In this document: piece by piece, positions 60,507-64,000 of the stretch
Layout of the letters: each line of letters starts with the position of its first letter
Numbering within the stretch: position 1 is the stretch's first letter
Assembly: GCA_963785305.1 (NCBI GenBank)
Contig: CAWAUV010000007.1
Coordinates: 416,001 to 480,000 of the forward strand
DNA from: an uncultured Planctomycetaceae bacterium
GTDB lineage: Bacteria; Planctomycetota; Planctomycetia; Pirellulales; PALSA-1355
Reading direction: 5' to 3'
Length of the DNA stretch: 64,000 bases
The notes under the pieces: generated by a model
Database searches by the model: none
Told to the model about the DNA's origin: nothing
Seen by the model: only the letters and a program-made list of their open reading frames with translations
Made by a program: the position numbers and the translations under genes

Positions 60507-61007
60507 ATCGATCGCACCCAACGGATCAATGAACAGATCCGCATTTCACCCATTCGCGTCATTACGGCGGAAGGAGTTCTGCTAGGAATCATCAACACCG
60601 ACGAGGCGCTGGCCCGAGCCCGCGAAGCCGACCTCGATCTGGTGGAAGTCGCTCCCAACGAACGGCCGCCAGTCTGTCGCATCATGGACTTCGGCAAGTT
60701 CAAGTACCAGCAGAAGAAGAAAAAAGACAAAGGCCACACGCACCAAAGCAAGATCAAGGAAATTCGCGTGCGGCCGAAGACCGGCGAGCACGATCTCGAA
60801 TTCAAGGTCAACCAGGCGCGGGCCTTTCTGGCGCACAAGGATAAAGTCGTGGTTTCGGTGATCTTCCGCGGGCGCGAAATTGCGCACGTGGAAGAAGGCC
60901 GCAAAGTAATCGACCATATTTTGAAAGAGCTGGCCGAGGTCTCGAAGGTCGAAGCTTCGCCCTCGCATCAGGGCAAGCGCATCGTGGCGACGTTAGCGCC
61001 GAAGTGA
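60507..61007 (+). CDS. infC: Translation initiation factor IF-3 (start ATC at 60507 or ATG at 60498)
   Basis: [14 protein letters not shown]...[14 protein letters not shown] and FRGRE. Located downstream of thrS. Confidence 0.97.
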   Translation: MDRTQRINEQIRISPIRVITAEGVLLGIINTDEALARAREADLDLVEVAPNERPPVCRIMDFGKFKYQQKKKKDKGHTHQSKIKEIRVRPKTGEHDLEFKVNQARAFLAHKDKVVVSVIFRGREIAHVEEGRKVIDHILKELAEVSKVEASPSHQGKRIVATLAPK

Positions 61008-61082
61008 ACCCGGTTACCCGAAGCAAACCCGGCTTCCCCCGCGACGGCATCTCCCGCGCGGGTATCGCCGGTTCGTCGCCCC

Positions 61083-62396
61083 ATGACCGCCACGCCCGTC
61101 ACTCAGACACCCGTCGCGCACACACTCGTTACCCACACGCTCGGCTGCCGCGTCAACCAGTACGAAACCGAATGGGTTCGCCAGTCGCTGCTCGCCGCCG
61201 GCTATCGCGACGCCGCGGCCGATGAACTCGCCGACCTGTGCGTGGTCAATACCTGCACGGTCACGGCCGAGGGCGACGCCAAAAGCCGCCAAACGATTCG
61301 CCGCCTAGCTCGCCAACATCCGCACACGCGGATCGTGGTAATGGGCTGCTATGCCACGCGAGCGCCCGACGAAGTGGCCCGGCTGCCCAATGTGGTCGAG
61401 GTCGTGACCGACAAGCGCGAGCTGCCCGATCTCTTGGGACGGTTCGGCGTGGTCGACATTCCCACGGGCCTTGGTAGCTTTGCGTCGCGCAAGCGGGCGT
61501 ATCTCAAAGTGCAAGACGGCTGCATGCTCTCGTGCAGCTTCTGCATTATTCCGAAAGTGCGCCCGCACTTGGCCAGCCGCCCGGTCGAGCACATTTTGGA
61601 GGAAGCCTCGCGACTGGTGGCCGCCGGGCATCGCGAACTGGTGCTCACCGGCATTCACCTGGGGCACTACGGCGTGGAGTGGTGTCGCGACCGGCCGAAG
61701 CGGGAGTGGATGCGGCTTTCGCACCTGGTCGACCAATTGGCCCGCCTGCCGGGCGACTTTCGCGTTCGGCTCAGCAGCATCGAAGCGACCGAAGTCACTC
61801 GCGAACTGGTAGCGGTGATGGCAGAGCATCGCGACCGGGTTTGTCCGCATTTGCACATATCGATGCAAAGCGGCTCCGACGATGTGCTGCGAAGAATGCG
61901 GCGCCGCTGGGGCAGCCGCCGCTATGTGGACCGCTGCGCGCTGGTGCGGCGCGAGCTGGACGAGCCGGCGATCACGACCGACATCATCGTTGGCTTTCCG
62001 GGCGAGACCGAGGCCGACTTCGAAGACACCTGCCGCGTGGCGCGCGACGTGGGCTTCTCGAAGATTCACATCTTTCCGTTCAGTGCCCGCCGCGGAACCA
62101 CGGCCGCCACGATGCCGGAGCAGATCGCGCCCGAAGTAAAGGCCGATCGCGCCGCCCGGCTGGCCGCGCTGGAGATCGAATTGCGCGACGCCTATTTCCG
62201 GCGTCTCGAAGGCCGCCGGTTGCGGGTGCTCGTCGAAGGACCGGGCCGCGCTCCGGGCTCAGCCTTTGGCGCCGCGTGCCGCTACGCCCCGGTGGAATTC
62301 CCCGCCGCCGAGCCGCCGGTGAGCGAGCTCATCGACGTGACCGCCGGCCCGGCAAGCAACGGCCGGATCGCCGCCACGCCGATCGGAGGTCGATGA
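61083..62396 (+). CDS. mtaB: tRNA t6A37 methylthiotransferase
   Basis: TLGCRVNQYE, NTCTVT, radical SAM motif KVQDGCMLSCSFCIIP, TDIIVGFPGETE and HIFPFSAR.GT. Confidence 0.93.
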   Translation: MTATPVTQTPVAHTLVTHTLGCRVNQYETEWVRQSLLAAGYRDAAADELADLCVVNTCTVTAEGDAKSRQTIRRLARQHPHTRIVVMGCYATRAPDEVARLPNVVEVVTDKRELPDLLGRFGVVDIPTGLGSFASRKRAYLKVQDGCMLSCSFCIIPKVRPHLASRPVEHILEEASRLVAAGHRELVLTGIHLGHYGVEWCRDRPKREWMRLSHLVDQLARLPGDFRVRLSSIEATEVTRELVAVMAEHRDRVCPHLHISMQSGSDDVLRRMRRRWGSRRYVDRCALVRRELDEPAITTDIIVGFPGETEADFEDTCRVARDVGFSKIHIFPFSARRGTTAATMPEQIAPEVKADRAARLAALEIELRDAYFRRLEGRRLRVLVEGPGRAPGSAFGAACRYAPVEFPAAEPPVSELIDVTAGPASNGRIAATPIGGR

Positions 62397-62645
62397 TTGC
62401 CGAGGATACTCCAAATGGTTCCCATGCGTCCTGATTTGGCTAACGCCTTTTCAGGTTCCCGCGACTCGGTAAGATGAGAATCGGGCGGCGGATCGAAAAG
62501 TGGCTTGGCTTAATTCGAGCCTGCCCGACAACCCGGCGCGAGCATCGAGATCGCCGAAAAATCGCATGCTTTCTTTCATTCTCGGATTGGCTTTTAGGCT
62601 ACACTCAGTCGCTGTAAATGCAGCCGCAATGCAGGAGGCGCTCGA

Positions 62646-63131
62646 ATGGACGAACGACAAATCGGACTCGCGATCACATTGAAGGAGCTCGGAGTAAGTT
62701 CGGACATTTCCGGTTTCGACTCGCGGCTCATCCTGCAGAAGGCGGTGTACCTCGCCGAGGAAGCGGGGATTAATTTGGGCTACCCGTTTAATTGGTATTT
62801 GCGCGGCCCCTATTCGCCGGCGTTGACGCGAGATCTGTTTGGGAACGTGCCCGACGTCAATGATTTCGCGAACTGGGTTTTAGACGAGGGATCACTCGCG
62901 ATCGCGGCGCGAATCAAGTCCCTCGTCGATGGACCTGCGAACGAAGAGCCGTCCGCGAAGGCACGGCGTCTGGAGCTACTCGCGTCGCTTCGTTACCTAT
63001 CGCGTCGTCGTGGAATCGATGTGGAAGACGCCGAGGCGGCCAAGGTGTCACTGGAGCGGAGCGGCAAAGTTTTTACTTTAGATGAAGTCGCCGCCGCCAT
63101 CGACGAACTACGACGGGCGCGGCTCTTATAG
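62646..63131 (+). CDS. YwgA/Panacea(SocA)-like winged-helix protein
   Basis: R..LQK.VYL, Y.F.WY.RGPYS..L and LELLASL. Strong AGGAGG RBS. Confidence 0.75.
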   Translation: MDERQIGLAITLKELGVSSDISGFDSRLILQKAVYLAEEAGINLGYPFNWYLRGPYSPALTRDLFGNVPDVNDFANWVLDEGSLAIAARIKSLVDGPANEEPSAKARRLELLASLRYLSRRRGIDVEDAEAAKVSLERSGKVFTLDEVAAAIDELRRARLL

Positions 63132-63140
63132 GGACTCGCG

Positions 63141-64000
63141 ATGGGCAAGCTGATCGTCGATTCAATCCACGGCGACATCCGCCTGAATGAGATCGAACGT
63201 CGTGTTGTCGACACCGCGAGCTTCCAACGCCTCCGAAATCTCAAACAACTGGGCATGGGTCAAACGACGTACCCAGGCGCCACTCATACTCGCTTCGCCC
63301 ATAGCATCGGCGTGCTGGGGATCATGGCGAAGGTGACCGATATCGCCAAAGAACCATTGCATTTGACCGACAAGCAGATCGAGGAGATTCGGCTTGCTGG
63401 ACTGCTACACGACATCGGGCACTATCCATATTCGCACCTGATGGAAGTGGTCGACAACGTCATTCTGACGGAAGACTTCGCGGCGCCGGCAAGTAAGTCG
63501 CTGGACGCTTCAAAAGTCAAATATCCCGACCATGAAGCGGTGGGCGAGCTTATCGTCACACGGCAGCAAGACATCCTCACCGCCCTCGGCGGCGAAACGC
63601 GGGCGAAGCGAATTGCCGATCTGTTTCGCCGAAACGAGACCGCCGATCAGCAGCTCAGCAAGCTGATTCATAGCAGCCTCGACATGGACCGGCTGGATTA
63701 TTTGATGCGCGACGCCAAGGCGGCGGGCGTGCCGTATGGGCACATCGACTTGAACTACTTGATCCACTGTCTCCAAGTCAGTCCCTCCGGCATGATCGGG
63801 GTCAAGCGGAAGGCGATTACGGCCTTGGAACACTTCACTTTTGCTCGCTTCTTCATGCACAAAGCGGTTTATTTCCACAAGACGACATTTGGGCTAGAAG
63901 AAGCTTGTCGGCAATTACTGCGGCGGTGCAAGGACCTTGGGCGCCACGGTGTCCCGGAATCGAGCGAAGCGATACAATCGATCGTGACCGGCGAAAATCT
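63141..64000 (+). CDS. SAMHD1/YwfO-like HD-domain dNTP triphosphohydrolase (runs off the window; absent from the ORF track)
   Basis: Manual translation: MGKLIVDSIHGDI...FQRLRNLKQLG...YPGATHTRFAHSIG...LLHDIGHYPYSH...DMDRLDYLMRD...VYFHKT. The frame is open to the window end. Confidence 0.93.
   Translation, partial: MGKLIVDSIHGDIRLNEIERRVVDTASFQRLRNLKQLGMGQTTYPGATHTRFAHSIGVLGIMAKVTDIAKEPLHLTDKQIEEIRLAGLLHDIGHYPYSHLMEVVDNVILTEDFAAPASKSLDASKVKYPDHEAVGELIVTRQQDILTALGGETRAKRIADLFRRNETADQQLSKLIHSSLDMDRLDYLMRDAKAAGVPYGHIDLNYLIHCLQVSPSGMIGVKRKAITALEHFTFARFFMHKAVYFHKTTFGLEEACRQLLRRCKDLGRHGVPESSEAIQSIVTGEN

Noticed and set aside
63510..63878. 122-aa minus-strand ORF
   Set aside because: Antisense to the HD-domain gene, whose plus-strand frame carries the conserved motifs.

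Overview
GC-rich bacterial chromosomal segment, very probably from a planctomycete (Pirellulales-like; inferred from YTV-repeat, SHD1-TPR, DUF6288, PQQ-propeller and planctomycete-type ECF-sigma/kinase genes). About 20 otherwise well-conserved genes are split by 1-bp indels, often in G/C runs. This looks like long-read consensus error, so split ORFs are reported as single reconstructed CDSs with approximate break points. Content in order: CDF transporter, ATPase, arrestin-like and DUF3592 genes, PQQ-propeller protein, GTP-PEPCK, amidohydrolase, GT2-TPR protein, tRNA-Ser(GGA) that can fold as 8/4, a kinase plus divergent enolase pair, two giant uncharacterised envelope proteins, suhB, a candidate sRNA, a uronate-isomerase-like enzyme, YTV protein, TPR protein, TolC-family protein, MFS transporter, mutY, DUF6288-SASA-GH81 genes, an exopolysaccharide cluster, plsC-like and Zn-dehydrogenase genes, a complete IS630, a truncated ECF-sigma/Ser-Thr kinase, ferredoxin, thrS-infC-mtaB, and finally a lower-GC pair (YwgA/Panacea-like protein plus SAMHD1-like HD dNTPase) running off the window end. 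Two inverted copies of a ~166-bp MITE with IS630-like ends are present. No CRISPR array, rRNA or prophage was seen. Family assignments come from motif recognition only; no database searches were run.
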